Assembly: GCA_963701855.1 (NCBI GenBank) | Contig: CAVPBK010000006.1 | Location: 1,216,001-1,280,000, forward strand | Reading direction: 5' to 3' | Length of the DNA: 64,000 nucleotides | From: Nitrospirota bacterium | GTDB lineage: Bacteria > Nitrospirota > Nitrospiria > Nitrospirales > Nitrospiraceae | Shown here: positions 38,036-49,835 of the stretch, piece by piece | Position numbering within the stretch: position 1 is the first letter of the stretch | Layout: each line of letters begins with the position of its first letter | Program-made: the position numbers and the translations under genes | Notes under the pieces: generated by a model | What the model was told of the DNA's origin: nothing | The model's input: only the letters and a program-made list of their open reading frames with translations | The model's database searches: none

Positions 38036-38878
38036 ATGCCCTTAGAAGACGATTTTTGCGACATTATCAAGAAGGCCCGCATCGGACAGGCATGGTCTGT
38101 GGAGGATGTGGCGCGTGTTACCGGCCTTCCGGGGGCCGATATCACTGCACTCGAACGGGGCGATCAGCCGCGCGATCGGGCGGAAATGCGCGCACTCGCC
38201 ACCACGCTAGGGCTCCGTCTCGGCCCGTTGGAACAGATCGTCCGAGAGAAGTGGATTCCTCAACCGATTCCGTCAATCCCGGGGATCGAAACTATACAGG
38301 GCGACATCAATGGCTATGCGGTCAACGGCTATATTGTGCACGATTCCGGTGAGGCGCTTCTCGTCGATACGGCATACAACGCTCCGGCCATGATCGCCTG
38401 GCTCGAATCCCATCGACTCCGGCTGACCGGCATCTGTCTGACACATGGGCATGCGGATCATGCCGAGGGCATTCAAGCGCTCTTGGCACGATGGCAAGTT
38501 CCGGTTTATCTGGGGGCTGACGATGTCAGTCTTCTGCATTGGAAGCCTTCGGAGGATCGTCTTACTGCCCCGAACGACGGACGTACGATCTCGGTCGGGC
38601 GCTTGCGTGTGCAGTGCCTGGCCACGCCGGGCCATACTCCTGGCGGGATCTGCTATCGTGTGGATGCCGAGTCACAACGCGTCTGCTTCGTCGGCGATAC
38701 GTTGTTTGCAGGGTCCATTGGCCGCTCGAATCCCAGTACGTTGTATCAGACCCACCTGCGGTCGGTCCGGACTCACGTACTTGGGTTGCCGCCTGAATAT
38801 CGGTTGTTGCCTGGTCACGGACCGGCCACAACGGTTCGCGAAGAGTTGGACCATAATCCCTTCGCCGCAGATCATTGA
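38036..38878 (+). CDS. HTH + MBL-fold metallo-hydrolase
   Basis: N-terminal XRE-like HTH; THGHADH, PGHTPGG, GDTLF, PGHG. Confidence 0.9.
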   Translation: MPLEDDFCDIIKKARIGQAWSVEDVARVTGLPGADITALERGDQPRDRAEMRALATTLGLRLGPLEQIVREKWIPQPIPSIPGIETIQGDINGYAVNGYIVHDSGEALLVDTAYNAPAMIAWLESHRLRLTGICLTHGHADHAEGIQALLARWQVPVYLGADDVSLLHWKPSEDRLTAPNDGRTISVGRLRVQCLATPGHTPGGICYRVDAESQRVCFVGDTLFAGSIGRSNPSTLYQTHLRSVRTHVLGLPPEYRLLPGHGPATTVREELDHNPFAADH

Positions 38879-38888
38879 AGAAAGCATC

Positions 38889-39863
38889 ATGAATCTCGAC
38901 CAGCGGAGCGATGACCAACCGATCCGCAGCGGAGAGCTGCCGGTTGTGATGGGGCCATCCGAGGATCACAGTCATCTTTCCCCGGACGATGAATTCAAGG
39001 AGACCCCCTTTTCGAAATGGATCCTGCCAGTCAGCCTTTTTCTGGCGACGATCTTTACCACCCTGTGGGCAGGGGCCTATCAGGCTTACAACGGGCCGAT
39101 CCGTGGACCGGTGAATCTTCTGCTTGAACAGCCTGAAGTGCTTTTGCAGGGGATTCCCTTTGCCGCAACGCTGCTGTTCATTCTAGTGACCCATGAATGC
39201 GGACACTATGTGCTCTCCCGCATTCATGGCGTACCGGCGTCGCTGCCGTTGTTCATCCCGGGCCCTCCGTACTTTGTCGGAACATTCGGGGCGATCATCC
39301 GGTTACGTGGGCCGATCATGAATCGGCGCGCGCTGTTCGACATCGGCGTGGCCGGTCCGCTTGCCGGCTTCATCGCCGCGGTGGTGGCGCTGATCATCGG
39401 TCTGAACCTGTCAACGGTCGTGGATCGGGCGGCGACCCGTGGATTGCAGTTGGGCGAACCATTGCTCTTGCAGTTCATCGCCTGGCTGGTCGTCGGATCC
39501 ATCCCTCCTGAGGCTGACATTGTCTTGCACCCTATCGGGTTCGCCGCCTGGTTCGGCCTGTTTGTGACGTCGTTGAATCTGATTCCCATCGGCCAACTCG
39601 ACGGCGGACATGTGGCGTACGCCCTGTGGGGTAAACGTCAACGTACGTTGGCGTTTATCATGGTGCCGATCCTCATCGTACTGGGATACGTGGGCTGGCC
39701 CGGCTGGTGGCTCTGGGCCTTCATGGCAGGACTCTGGGGCTTTGGACATCCACCGGTACACGACATCCACGTCCCGTTGGGCCAAGAGCGGATTGTTGTC
39801 GGATGGATTGCATTTGCCGTGTTTGTGCTGACCTTTGCTCCTGTTCCGTTCTCCTTCCACTAG
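38889..39863 (+). CDS. Site-2 protease (M50)
   Basis: HECGH, AGPLAG, NLIPIGQLDGGH. Confidence 0.9.
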   Translation: MNLDQRSDDQPIRSGELPVVMGPSEDHSHLSPDDEFKETPFSKWILPVSLFLATIFTTLWAGAYQAYNGPIRGPVNLLLEQPEVLLQGIPFAATLLFILVTHECGHYVLSRIHGVPASLPLFIPGPPYFVGTFGAIIRLRGPIMNRRALFDIGVAGPLAGFIAAVVALIIGLNLSTVVDRAATRGLQLGEPLLLQFIAWLVVGSIPPEADIVLHPIGFAAWFGLFVTSLNLIPIGQLDGGHVAYALWGKRQRTLAFIMVPILIVLGYVGWPGWWLWAFMAGLWGFGHPPVHDIHVPLGQERIVVGWIAFAVFVLTFAPVPFSFH

Positions 39864-39868
39864 CTGCT

Positions 39869-40079
39869 CTAGCAGGATGCTGAAAAAGCCCGTCAGCGGC
39901 GTTCTCCCCTCGAAAGCATCCTCAACGTAGCCCAGAGGCTACGCCTCCGGTGCTTTCTTCGGCTGCGGCCTTGCTGGACGGTCTTTTTGAGCATCCTGTT
40001 CGCGGTATTCCTCTTGTCCAAGATGTGCCGACCATCGAATTACTGTTTCAGCCAGGTTAGTTTTTCCACAGCCTACTGG
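39869..40079 (+). mobile_element. MITE-like element, family A
   Basis: CTAGCAGGATGCTGAAAAAG ... CTTTTTGAGCATCCTG ... TTTTTCCACAGCCTACTGG. Confidence 0.75.
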
Positions 40080-40166
40080 CTCTCCTGCGAACGAGCCATA
40101 GTCAGCGGGCTGGATCAATCCTGAGATTTTCTTGTCCGATTGCGCGCTCGGCACTACAGTGTGCCT

Positions 40167-40901
40167 ATGGAGTCAGCCGCGACCACGACCTTGCCGTGTC
40201 CCAAGTGCCAGGCCAACCAGCCTGACGGAGCGACAGAGTGCGTGAAATGTGGGATCATCTTTGCAAAGTATCGGCCGCATGTCTCGCAGCAGCAGCATGT
40301 GGTGCAGGATCGTCCTCGCTGGGTCGTCTTTGCTAAGGAATGGCTCGTTGACGTAGATACATCGATGGACTCGTTGACGTTCGCCGGCCGGGTCGCAGTG
40401 TTTCTGTTGCTGCTCTGGTGGGGCCGAGCGTTCATTTTTACGCCGCTCGAAACCAACTACACAGGAGAATCGTTCCTCCATCTGATCAATCTGCCGTTCC
40501 ACGAAGCCGGCCATCTTCTATTTATCCCGTTGGGGCGTTTCATGACGATTTTAGGCGGGAGTCTCGGTCAGATCCTGATGCCGCTCGTCTGCTTGGCGAC
40601 CTTTCTTATCAAGACACGCGACCCCTTCGGCGCCTCAGTGGCCCTTTGGTGGACAGCAGAAAGCTTGATGGACATCGCTCCCTATATCAATGATGCGCGG
40701 GAGATGGATCTCATGCTGCTTGGCGGGGTCACCGGGAAGGAAACGGACGGGCATGATTGGAACAACATTCTGACCATGTTGGGCTGGCTGGAGTATGACC
40801 ATCGCTTGGCCCATCTCGCCTATAACCTCGGCATCCTCCTGATGCTGGCCTCGTTCGCTTGGGGCGGGCTGCTTCTTCTGAAGCATTACCGCCGGCTTTA
40901 G
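40167..40901 (+). CDS. Zinc-ribbon + HExxH membrane protein
   Basis: CPKC..CVKCG, FHEAGH, HDWNNIL, several TMs. Confidence 0.8.
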   Translation: MESAATTTLPCPKCQANQPDGATECVKCGIIFAKYRPHVSQQQHVVQDRPRWVVFAKEWLVDVDTSMDSLTFAGRVAVFLLLLWWGRAFIFTPLETNYTGESFLHLINLPFHEAGHLLFIPLGRFMTILGGSLGQILMPLVCLATFLIKTRDPFGASVALWWTAESLMDIAPYINDAREMDLMLLGGVTGKETDGHDWNNILTMLGWLEYDHRLAHLAYNLGILLMLASFAWGGLLLLKHYRRL

Positions 40902-41058
40902 CCTGAAGGTCACGAAGAGAAAGAGAAACCCCGCACCTCCGCCGTGAATTCGAACCGCACCTCCACGACACCTTCCTGAGTGTAGAAAATCATACTGCAC
41001 AGCCTTGCTTCCCAGGATTGCAATCCCCGTGTTCTTCAATGAGCTTCTGCAGTGAATT

Positions 41059-41107
41059 TTTATATCGTCTTAACACTCTCTCGGTCCGGTTTAACACCGT
41101 TCTGACA
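41059..41107 (+). promoter_or_regulatory. Putative KdpE boxes (distal)
   Basis: TTTATA-N5-TTAACA and TTAACA-N5-CTGACA, 11-bp period like the E. coli TTTATA-N5-TTTACA box. Confidence 0.5.
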
Positions 41108-41163
41108 CGGAGCTTGATAAGGTTCTTGACATGACAGGGGACGCATCACGAGGAGCGACGGCG

Positions 41164-41433
41164 ATGATTACGAATATCTATCCCACCAAAAGCCAATCGT
41201 CTCATGTTCGTGTTGGCCAGCGCCATTTGGCCGGCGATCAGTACAGGCGAGATATGCGTGCGGCGTTGCATGAGTTACAACAGAGGCTGGGACAGGGTCA
41301 CAACGGCCCCAGCGTCGTGCAGCCTGTCGTCAAAGCTGGTCCGGCAGAGTCAAAAGAGAGTCGAACGAGAAGAAAATTGCTTCCGAGTCTCCGCGGTATT
41401 TACACCCTTTTTACTTCTTGCGGCCTATTATGA
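41164..41433 (+). CDS. Small hypothetical protein upstream of kdp
   Basis: GAGGAG RBS before ATG 41164; no recognisable motif. Confidence 0.4.
   Translation: MITNIYPTKSQSSHVRVGQRHLAGDQYRRDMRAALHELQQRLGQGHNGPSVVQPVVKAGPAESKESRTRRKLLPSLRGIYTLFTSCGLL
41399..41431 (+). promoter_or_regulatory. Putative KdpE box (proximal) and -10
   Basis: TTTACA-N5-TTTACT followed by TATTAT. Confidence 0.5.
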
Positions 41434-41499
41434 ATGCGGACAAGTAGAGCAGGACATAGAGACAACATTTCCTTTGCCGTCGATTGAGGGGGTATGCAC

Positions 41500-41580
41500 A
41501 TGGATCTCGTCTATCTGGCCATCGTAGCGATATTTTTTCTGCTGTCCGGCTGGCTCATCTCGGCGCTGGAGCGACTGTAA
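41500..41580 (+). CDS. 26-aa membrane peptide preceding kdpF
   Basis: GAGGGGG RBS; MDLVYLAIVAIFFLLSGWLISALERL*. Confidence 0.72.
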   Translation: MDLVYLAIVAIFFLLSGWLISALERL

Positions 41581-41593
41581 GGAGGGCATGGCC

Positions 41594-41683
41594 ATGAATG
41601 TGATGTACGTGCTCGGTGGAATTCTGTCATTGGGATTATTGGTCTATCTCATGATCGCGTTACTGAAACCGGAGTGGTTCTGA
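41594..41683 (+). CDS. kdpF: K+-transporting ATPase subunit F
   Basis: MNVMYVLGGILSLGLLVYLMIALLKPEWF*; overlaps the kdpA ATG. Confidence 0.9.
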   Translation: MNVMYVLGGILSLGLLVYLMIALLKPEWF

Positions 41684-43488
41684 TGATGAGTAATGGATTG
41701 GTTCAAATCGGACTCTACTTTGTCGTCCTGCTCGCGTTGGCCAAGCCGCTGGGGTGGTATATGGCACGGGTGTATGAAGGTCAAGCCTGTGGACTCGACC
41801 GCGTAGTGGGCCCTCTCGAACGGCTTATCTATCGTCTGTGTGGAGTGCGTCAAACCGAGGAGATGGACTGGAAAACGTACGGGATCGCCATGCTGTTATT
41901 CAACGCGATGGGGCTGGTCGCGGTCTATGGATTGCAGCGACTCCAAGGATTTCTGCCGCTGAATCCAGCGGGGCTGGGGGCCGTCACGACCGATCTTGCC
42001 TTCAACACCGCTGCGAGTTTCGCGACCAATACCAACTGGCAGGCTTATGGAGGCGAAACGACGCTGAGCTATCTGACTCAGATGGGTGGACTCACCGTGC
42101 AAAATTTTGTGTCCGCCGCAACCGGGATGGCAATTCTGGTCGCGTTGATCAGGGGCTTGGCCCGACGCAGCGCTACGACCATCGGCAACTTTTGGACGGA
42201 CCTCGTCCGCAGCACGTTGTACATTCTCCTGCCGCTGGCCCTGCTCTTGTCTTTGCTATTGGTGTCACAAGGCGTCGTTCAAACCTTCGCGCCATACCAG
42301 ACCGCCACATTGCTTCAGCCGGCCAGTTACGCCACGCCCGTAGTGGATGCGAACGGCCAGCCGGTGCTGGATGAACAGGGCCAGCCGAAAACAGAGCCTG
42401 CGACGGCAACTGAACAGGTACTTGCAGTCGGACCGGCCGCCTCTCAGATTGCGATCAAGCAGCTTGGGACCAACGGCGGTGGATTCTTCAATGTCAATTC
42501 TGCTCATCCGTTTGAAAACCCGACGCCCTGGTCCAATTTTCTCGAGGTTCTCGCGATCCTGCTCATCCCGGCGGCGCTCTGCTACACGTTTGGGATGATG
42601 GTCGGAGACACGCGCCAGGGGTGGGCCATCCTTGCGGCGATGACGATTCTCCTCCTCTGTTTTATTCCGCTGGGGCTATGGGCCGAGCAAAGCGGGAATC
42701 CGGCTTTCACCGCTCTGGGGATCGATCAGACTTCCAGTGCAGGACAATCGGGCGGGAACATGGAAGGGAAAGAAATCCGATTCGGCATTGCGAACTCCGT
42801 TCTGTGGTCTGCCGCCACCACGGCGGCCTCGAACGGCTCGGTCAATTCGATGCACGATTCCTACACACCCTTGGGAGGGCTCGTGCCGCTCTTCCTGATG
42901 CAGTTCGGAGAAGTGGTATTCGGCGGGGTCGGCTCGGGTCTCTACGGGATGATCGCCTTCGCCATCATCGCTGTGTTCGTCGCAGGGCTGATGGTCGGGA
43001 GAACACCTGAATATCTTGGGAAGAAAATTGAACCCTATGAAATGAAGATGGCCTCGTTGTTGATTCTCATTATGCCGATGGTAGTCCTCAGCTTCACAGC
43101 AGTGGCGTCGGTGACGGGCGTCGGTACCAGCTCGATTTTCAACCCAGGCGCCCATGGGTTCAGTGAGATGCTCTATGCCTTTAGTTCGATGGGGAATAAT
43201 AACGGCAGTGCATTCGGTGGACTGAGTGTCAACACGCCCTTCTACAATGTGACCGGCGGACTCGCGATGCTGATCTCTCGCTTCTGGTTGGCGATTGCCA
43301 CGTTGGCATTGGCAGGCGCGCTGGCAAGGAAAAAGCTCGTGCCGGCTGGGCCTGGAACCCTGCCGACCCACTCGCCGCTGTTTATCGTGCTGCTGATCGG
43401 CGTCGTCGTGCTCGTGGGCGCGCTCACCTTCGTGCCCGCCCTGGCCCTGGGACCAATTGTAGAACACATCCTGATGGTGAGCCGATGA
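41683..43488 (+). CDS. kdpA: K+-transporting ATPase subunit A
   Basis: [32 protein letters not shown]. Confidence 0.97.
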   Translation: MMSNGLVQIGLYFVVLLALAKPLGWYMARVYEGQACGLDRVVGPLERLIYRLCGVRQTEEMDWKTYGIAMLLFNAMGLVAVYGLQRLQGFLPLNPAGLGAVTTDLAFNTAASFATNTNWQAYGGETTLSYLTQMGGLTVQNFVSAATGMAILVALIRGLARRSATTIGNFWTDLVRSTLYILLPLALLLSLLLVSQGVVQTFAPYQTATLLQPASYATPVVDANGQPVLDEQGQPKTEPATATEQVLAVGPAASQIAIKQLGTNGGGFFNVNSAHPFENPTPWSNFLEVLAILLIPAALCYTFGMMVGDTRQGWAILAAMTILLLCFIPLGLWAEQSGNPAFTALGIDQTSSAGQSGGNMEGKEIRFGIANSVLWSAATTAASNGSVNSMHDSYTPLGGLVPLFLMQFGEVVFGGVGSGLYGMIAFAIIAVFVAGLMVGRTPEYLGKKIEPYEMKMASLLILIMPMVVLSFTAVASVTGVGTSSIFNPGAHGFSEMLYAFSSMGNNNGSAFGGLSVNTPFYNVTGGLAMLISRFWLAIATLALAGALARKKLVPAGPGTLPTHSPLFIVLLIGVVVLVGALTFVPALALGPIVEHILMVSR

Positions 43489-43513
43489 CGGCGTCGGCGT
43501 GGAGGATTTCGAG

Positions 43514-45598
43514 ATGACAACGCAAGACAAGAGAAGGCAATTGTTCGATCCTCAGATTATGCAACGGGCGCTGCTGGAATCCTTCCGGAAGCTTGATCCG
43601 CGCCACCAAATTCGCAATCCGGTCATGTTCGTGGTTGCGGTCGGGAGTGTGCTGACCACAATTCTATTATGCCAGGCGCTGTTCGGAACAGGCGAAGCGC
43701 CTGTCTGGTTTATCCTCGCCGTCTCTCTCTGGCTCTGGTTCACCGTGTTGTTCGCGAACTTTGCCGAAGCGATGGCGGAAGGGCGCGGAAAAGCACAGGC
43801 GGAATCGCTGCGCAGTTCCCGGCGTGAAATGAACGCGAAGAAGCTGGGCCAGCCTGAGTCCGGCGGCCAGTATCTCAGCGCTCCATCCTCCACCGTCCAG
43901 GCGAGCGCCTTGACGCGTGGAGATGTCGTCTTGGTGGAGGCCGGCGATTTTATCCCCTGTGACGGGGAGGTCATCCAAGGCATCGCCTCGGTGAACGAAA
44001 GTGCCATCACCGGCGAAAGCGCTCCCGTTATTCGAGAGAGCGGCGATCGCAGCGCCGTGACAGGTGGAACACGTGTCCTGTCGGATTGGTTGGTCATACG
44101 AGTCACGGCTAACCCCGGCGAGACATTTCTGGACCGGATGATTGCCATGGTCGAGGGGGCCAAGCGCCAAAAGACACCGAATGAGATCGCCCTTAACATT
44201 CTGCTGGCGGCACTCACGGTCATCTTTCTCTTGGCAACGGCCACGCTGCTCCCCTTTTCCCTCTACAGTGTGCAGTCGGCAGGTCAGGGGGCCCCTGTCA
44301 CGGTGACGGTCTTAGTCGCGCTGTTGGTGTGTTTGATTCCGACTACGATAGGAGGATTGCTCTCTGCCATCGGCATTGCCGGTATGGATCGAATGGTACA
44401 GGCCAATGTCATCGCCATGTCGGGGAAGGCGGTCGAAGCGGCGGGCGACGTGGATGTGTTGCTGCTCGACAAGACCGGCACCATCACGCTGGGCAATCGC
44501 CAGGCGACTGCGTTCTTTCCGGCTGAGGGGGTGAGCGATCAGGCGCTGGCCGATGCGGCCCAGCTTTCGTCGCTGGCGGACGAGACGCCGGAAGGGCGCA
44601 GCATCGTGGTCCTGGCCAAGGAAAAATATGGATTGGGAGCGCGCGACATTCACGAGTTAGGCGCAACATTCATTCCCTTTACGGCTCAAACCAGCATGAG
44701 CGGCGTCAATTTGAACGGGCGGGAAATACGCAAGGGGTCTGACGGCGCGATCGAAGCCTATGTGACGGAACGGGGTGGGCACTTTTCTCAAGCGGTCCGC
44801 TTACAGGTGGAGACCATTGCGAAGCAGGGGGGCACACCGCTGGTCGTGGCGGAGGGGCCACATGTGCTGGGCGTGATCTACCTGAAAGATATCGTCAAGG
44901 GTGGGATCAAAGAGCGGTTTGCCGAATTGCGACGCATGGGCATCAAGACGGTGATGATCACCGGCGACAATCCACAGACTGCGGCAGCCGTGGCGGCAGA
45001 AGCCGGTGTGGACGATTTCCTGGCGCAGGCCACGCCGGAAGCCAAGCTCAAGTTGATTCGCGAGATGCAGGCCGGTGGCCGGCTCGTCGCGATGACGGGG
45101 GATGGCACGAACGACGCGCCGGCCCTCGCCCAGGCGGATGTCGCGGTGGCCATGAACACCGGCACACAGGCCGCGAAGGAAGCCGGCAATCTGGTCGATC
45201 TAGATTCCAACCCGACCAAGCTTATTGAGATCGTGGAAATCGGCAAGCAACTCTTGATGACCCGCGGAGCCTTGACCACCTTCAGCATCGCAAATGATGT
45301 CGCAAAGTATTTCGCGATCATTCCCGCTGCGTTCGCCTCGACCTATCCCGCGCTCAGCGTGCTCAATATTATGGGACTGGCGACGCCGGCCAGTGCCGTG
45401 TTGTCGGCCGTGATATTCAACGCGCTGATCATTATCGTTCTCATTCCCCTCGCCCTCCGTGGTATCCGGTATCAACCGATCGGCGCCGCGCGGCTGCTAA
45501 GCCGGCATCTCCTGGTCTATGGGTTGGGAGGGATCATTGTGCCATTCGTGGGAATCAAGCTCATCGATTTGTTGCTTGTCGCTCTGCGTTTAGTCTGA
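43514..45598 (+). CDS. kdpB: K+-transporting ATPase subunit B
   Basis: TGES, DKTGT, TGDN, GDGTND. Confidence 0.97.
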   Translation: MTTQDKRRQLFDPQIMQRALLESFRKLDPRHQIRNPVMFVVAVGSVLTTILLCQALFGTGEAPVWFILAVSLWLWFTVLFANFAEAMAEGRGKAQAESLRSSRREMNAKKLGQPESGGQYLSAPSSTVQASALTRGDVVLVEAGDFIPCDGEVIQGIASVNESAITGESAPVIRESGDRSAVTGGTRVLSDWLVIRVTANPGETFLDRMIAMVEGAKRQKTPNEIALNILLAALTVIFLLATATLLPFSLYSVQSAGQGAPVTVTVLVALLVCLIPTTIGGLLSAIGIAGMDRMVQANVIAMSGKAVEAAGDVDVLLLDKTGTITLGNRQATAFFPAEGVSDQALADAAQLSSLADETPEGRSIVVLAKEKYGLGARDIHELGATFIPFTAQTSMSGVNLNGREIRKGSDGAIEAYVTERGGHFSQAVRLQVETIAKQGGTPLVVAEGPHVLGVIYLKDIVKGGIKERFAELRRMGIKTVMITGDNPQTAAAVAAEAGVDDFLAQATPEAKLKLIREMQAGGRLVAMTGDGTNDAPALAQADVAVAMNTGTQAAKEAGNLVDLDSNPTKLIEIVEIGKQLLMTRGALTTFSIANDVAKYFAIIPAAFASTYPALSVLNIMGLATPASAVLSAVIFNALIIIVLIPLALRGIRYQPIGAARLLSRHLLVYGLGGIIVPFVGIKLIDLLLVALRLV

Positions 45599-45608
45599 GG
45601 AGGTATAC

Positions 45609-46181
45609 ATGCGGACCCAACTTCGCCCGGCTTTGGTGTCACTCGTCGCCCTGACCCTGATCACCGGGGTTCTGTACCCGCTCGTGATCACAGGTCTTGC
45701 TCAGGTGCTGTTTCCACGGCAAGCCAACGGGAGCCTGATCCTGATCGACGGCAAGCCGGTCGGATCATCGTTGATCGGCCAGCCGTTCGACGCGCCGAAG
45801 TATTTCTGGGGCCGTCCTTCCGCCACGTCACCGTTCCCCTACAACGCCGCCGCCTCGTCCGGGTCCAATCTGGGCCCGACCAATGACGCGCTGATAAAAG
45901 CCGTGCAGGCTCGCATCGACGCGCTCAAGACTGCCGACCCAGACAATCCTCTTCCCCTTCCGGTGGATTTGGTCACCGCCTCAGGGAGCGGTCTCGATCC
46001 GCATATCAGTCCCGCGTCTGCGGCATACCAGGTGCGACGAGTCGCGCATGCCCGGAGGATGGAAGAAGCCGTGGTTCGCCAACTTGTGTCTCAGCATACG
46101 GAGGGACGTCAGCTTGGGATTCTCGGAGAACCCCGGGTGAACGTACTGGCATTGAATCTTGCACTGGATACAGTGAAGTAA
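45609..46181 (+). CDS. kdpC: K+-transporting ATPase subunit C
   Basis: [25 protein letters not shown]. Confidence 0.97.
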   Translation: MRTQLRPALVSLVALTLITGVLYPLVITGLAQVLFPRQANGSLILIDGKPVGSSLIGQPFDAPKYFWGRPSATSPFPYNAAASSGSNLGPTNDALIKAVQARIDALKTADPDNPLPLPVDLVTASGSGLDPHISPASAAYQVRRVAHARRMEEAVVRQLVSQHTEGRQLGILGEPRVNVLALNLALDTVK

Positions 46182-46317
46182 AACGACTGGCTAGAGGATT
46201 CGTGTAGGCTTCGTTCCTCTTCACACTCACTGTGAGTGCTCTCGCAGAAAAACCATGCGCGAAATCATTGGGGAACCCGACATTGATTTCATGGGCAAGC
46301 GACTACGAGGGCCTTAT

Positions 46318-46872
46318 ATGAAGTTACCTGTCAGAACGATTGCCTTTCTCTTCGCACTGATTCTGATTCATGGGTGCACCGGCAAAGACGATGCCTCTAC
46401 GTCGCAACAGAATGCAAAGGGAGATGCGATCACCCAAGAAGAAGGCCTCATCATCACAACCCTCAACGAGGTTGCGACTGCTGAGTCACAATTTTACAGT
46501 ATGAAAGACTCCCTATCCATTCTCCGGTTCTACGCGCAAGATTATGCAGGAATCAAAGATGGGAAATCAGAAACACTCAAGGACAAAAGTAAATACCTTG
46601 CAGGGGTGTTGGAGCAGATTAATCTTGGCGAACCTATCGGCATTTCATCCAACGTCATGAATATCAAGCCTAGCGTCGCAGGGAGATCCGGATGGGCCAC
46701 CTATGAGTATGAATACAAAGTCGGGAGGAGTGGAGGGAGGAGTGGAGTACTCCAGCAAGTTTCACAAGGTCAATGTACTGCCATTTTCACGAAGCAAGCA
46801 GATGCATGGCTGATCCGACACGAACATTGTTCGACGGCAAGTCCTACACCATTCCTTTTAAACTCGAGATGA
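46318..46872 (+). CDS. NTF2/SnoaL-like lipoprotein inserted between kdpC and kdpD
   Basis: LIHGC lipobox; terminal TAIFTKQADAWLIRHEHCS. Confidence 0.7.
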   Translation: MKLPVRTIAFLFALILIHGCTGKDDASTSQQNAKGDAITQEEGLIITTLNEVATAESQFYSMKDSLSILRFYAQDYAGIKDGKSETLKDKSKYLAGVLEQINLGEPIGISSNVMNIKPSVAGRSGWATYEYEYKVGRSGGRSGVLQQVSQGQCTAIFTKQADAWLIRHEHCSTASPTPFLLNSR

Positions 46873-47103
46873 TTCAGGACTTGCCTCAACGGGGGTAAGG
46901 TCGGCAATGTCCAGTCAATGTCGAGTTAATCTCGCGTGGACCGTCACGTGAAAGAGATCCACTAATACGATCATTCCCGGAACCACGATAACTGTAGTGT
47001 CGTAAACGGCATGAGCACTCATTGACCGATCTGGAATCTCTTTTACACTGATACGACCGTTCCCATCTGGACTGCACTCCGTGTCACCGATCGCACACAT
47101 CTG

Positions 47104-49810
47104 ATGGAAGAACGACGACCCGATCCCGATACCTTGCTGAGGCGCGTGCAGACTGAAGAGGCCAAGCAGGCGCGCGGCAAGCTCAAGGTATTTTTCGGCG
47201 CCACGGCGGGCGTGGGGAAAACCTACGCGATGTTGCAGGCTGCGCACGAGCAACGGAGTGACGGGGTCGATGTGGTCATCGGGTGGGTCGAAACGCACGG
47301 TCGTGCGGAAACAGAGGCCCTGCTGGAAGGGCTGACGATTCTGCCGCCACGCGTGGTCGAGCATCGCGGAACGACATTGCAGGAATTCGATCTTGACGCG
47401 AGCGCTCGCACGGCATCCTCAGCTCATTCTGATGGATGAGCTGGCCCATACCAATGCCCCTGGTTCTCGGCACCCGAAACGATGGCAAGACGTCATGGAA
47501 CTCTTGAAGGCGGGCATCAACGTCTATACGACCGTCAACGTGCAACACATGGAGAGTCTGAACGATGTGGTGGCTCAGATCACAAGTGTTCGGGTGAATG
47601 AAACAGTGCCGGACTCGGTGCTCGAACAGGCCGATGATGTCGAGCTGATCGACCTTCCCCCAGACGACCTCCTTCAACGCCTCAAAGACGGCAAGGTCTA
47701 TCTGCCGGAGCAAGCGCAACATGCGCTCCACAATTTCTTCCGCAAGGGGAATCTGATTGCCTTGCGGGAATTAGCCTTGCGTCGGACGGCGGAGCGGGTG
47801 GACCAGCAGATGGAGGTCTACCGCCGCGACCATGCCGTGGTCCGTACATGGCCTGCCGCCGAAACCATCATGGTCTGTGTGAACATGAAGCCCAGAGGAC
47901 CCCGGTTAGTGAGGGCTGCCAGAACGATGGCGACGGGTCTCCATGCGAAATGGATCGCCGTGTACGTGCAGACTCCCAGGCATCTACGCATGCCTCAAGC
48001 CGACCGCGACCGGGCAAATCAGACGCTTCGGCTCGCGGAAATGCTTGGCGCTGAGACGGTGATGTTGAGCGGAGCCAATGTCGTGCAGGAACTGCTGACC
48101 TATGCCCGCATGAGAAATGTGTCCAAGATCATCGTTGGGAAGCCGGTCCGTGCCCGATGGAAGGAGGTGGTGTTCGGGTCAGTCGTGGCTGATCTCGTGC
48201 AACAGAGCGGGGAGACGGACATTTATGTGATCACTGGCGAGGCCGGTGAAAGCCGCCCGTTGGCGAGTCAGGCTGTGAAACGGAGCAGTGAGTGGTCATC
48301 CTACGGGTTTGGCGTGGTGGGCGTCGCGCTCTCGACCGCCCTCGCATGGCTGATGTTTCCGTATTTCAGCACCACCAATCTCATTATGGTGTACTTGATG
48401 GGAGTGGTTCTCGTGGCGATCCGTTATGGACGAGGGCCGTCGGTCCTCGCATCAGTCCTGAGTGTCGCCGCGTTCGACTTTTTCTTTGTCCCTCCGTATC
48501 TCACCTTTGCCGTGTCGGACATTCAGTATCTCCTGACGTTTGCCGTCATGTTGGTCGTTGCGCTGACGATCAGCGGGCTGGCCGTCCGTACCAAGCAACA
48601 GGCCGACCTGGCTCGTCATCAGGAACGACGTACGGCGGTCCTCTATGCCTTGAGCCGCGAGCTGGCCACTCACCGTGGGCTGGCCACCCTCACACAACTG
48701 GCTGTGAAACACGTCCGAGAGGTGTTCGATAGCCAGGCGGCCGTTTTTGTGGCGGATCTCAACAAGCGTTTGGTCCTTCAACGGGACGAGCAACTGTTCT
48801 TCGAATTCGATCCAAAAGAATCGGGAGTGGCGCAATGGGTCTTCGAGCATGGCGAGCGGGCGGGCTTGGGCAGCGATACATTGCCGGGTGCCAGTGCCTT
48901 GTATCTGCCATTGGTCGGATCAAAGGGTCCTATCGGCGTGTTGGCGGTCCGTCCAACCCTCGCGACGCGTTTCCTGGATATGGAGCAACTGCATCTTCTT
49001 GAAGTCCTGGCTAACCAGATAGCCCTTGCCTTGGAACGTGCCCGTTTGGCCGACGAAGCGCAGCAGGCGCACGTCTCGGTGGAGACAGAACGAATGCGCA
49101 ATGCCATCCTCAGTTCTGTTTCCCACGATCTCCGGACGCCCCTGGCGACGATTACCGGAGCCGCCAGCGGTCTCCTTGAAGAGCAAGACCAGCTTGGTCC
49201 CGCGGCGCGTCATGAGTTGGCGCAGTCCATCTATAATGAGGCGCATCGGCTGGATCGGCTGGTTCGAAATTTATTGGACATGACGAGGCTAGAATCCGGC
49301 GCAGTGCAGTTGCAAAAAGAGTGGCACCCGGTCGAAGAGATTGTAGGAGCCGCATTGACGCGCGTGGAGAGTCGGTTGAGTGGGCATCACGTAGGCACCA
49401 ATTTCCCTCCAGACCTGCCGCTTGTGCTCGTGGATGGTGTATTGATGGAACAAGTCTTGATCAACCTGCTTGAGAATGCCCTAAAATTTACCCCTCCTTC
49501 CACGGCCATCGAGCTATCTGCAAAGGCCTCCGATCACGAACTGGTTTTTGAGATCGCCGATCGAGGGCCCGGGATTCCACCCGGCGATGAACAGCGCATC
49601 TTCGATAAGTTCTATCGGGCCGGTCCGGCCCGTGAGGGGGGTGTGGGGCTTGGCCTCACGGTTTGCAGAGGCATCATCGAAGCTCATGGCGGACGGATTT
49701 GGGTTGAAAAGCGTCCCGGTGGCGGCGCCGTGTTCCGGTTCACTCTTCCGATCGAGCAGGCTCAGCCGACGATCGAGCCGGAAGAGGCCGAACGCCATCC
49801 GGTCGTGTGA
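47104..49810 (+). CDS. kdpD: Sensor kinase KdpD, +1 frameshift at 47401
   Basis: GVGKTYAML, VETHGR; GAC GCG [A] GCG CTC; DELAHTN, USP, TMs, SHDLRTPL, HATPase. Confidence 0.93.
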
Positions 49811-49835
49811 GGGAATGGAAGGATCCTGAGCTGCC

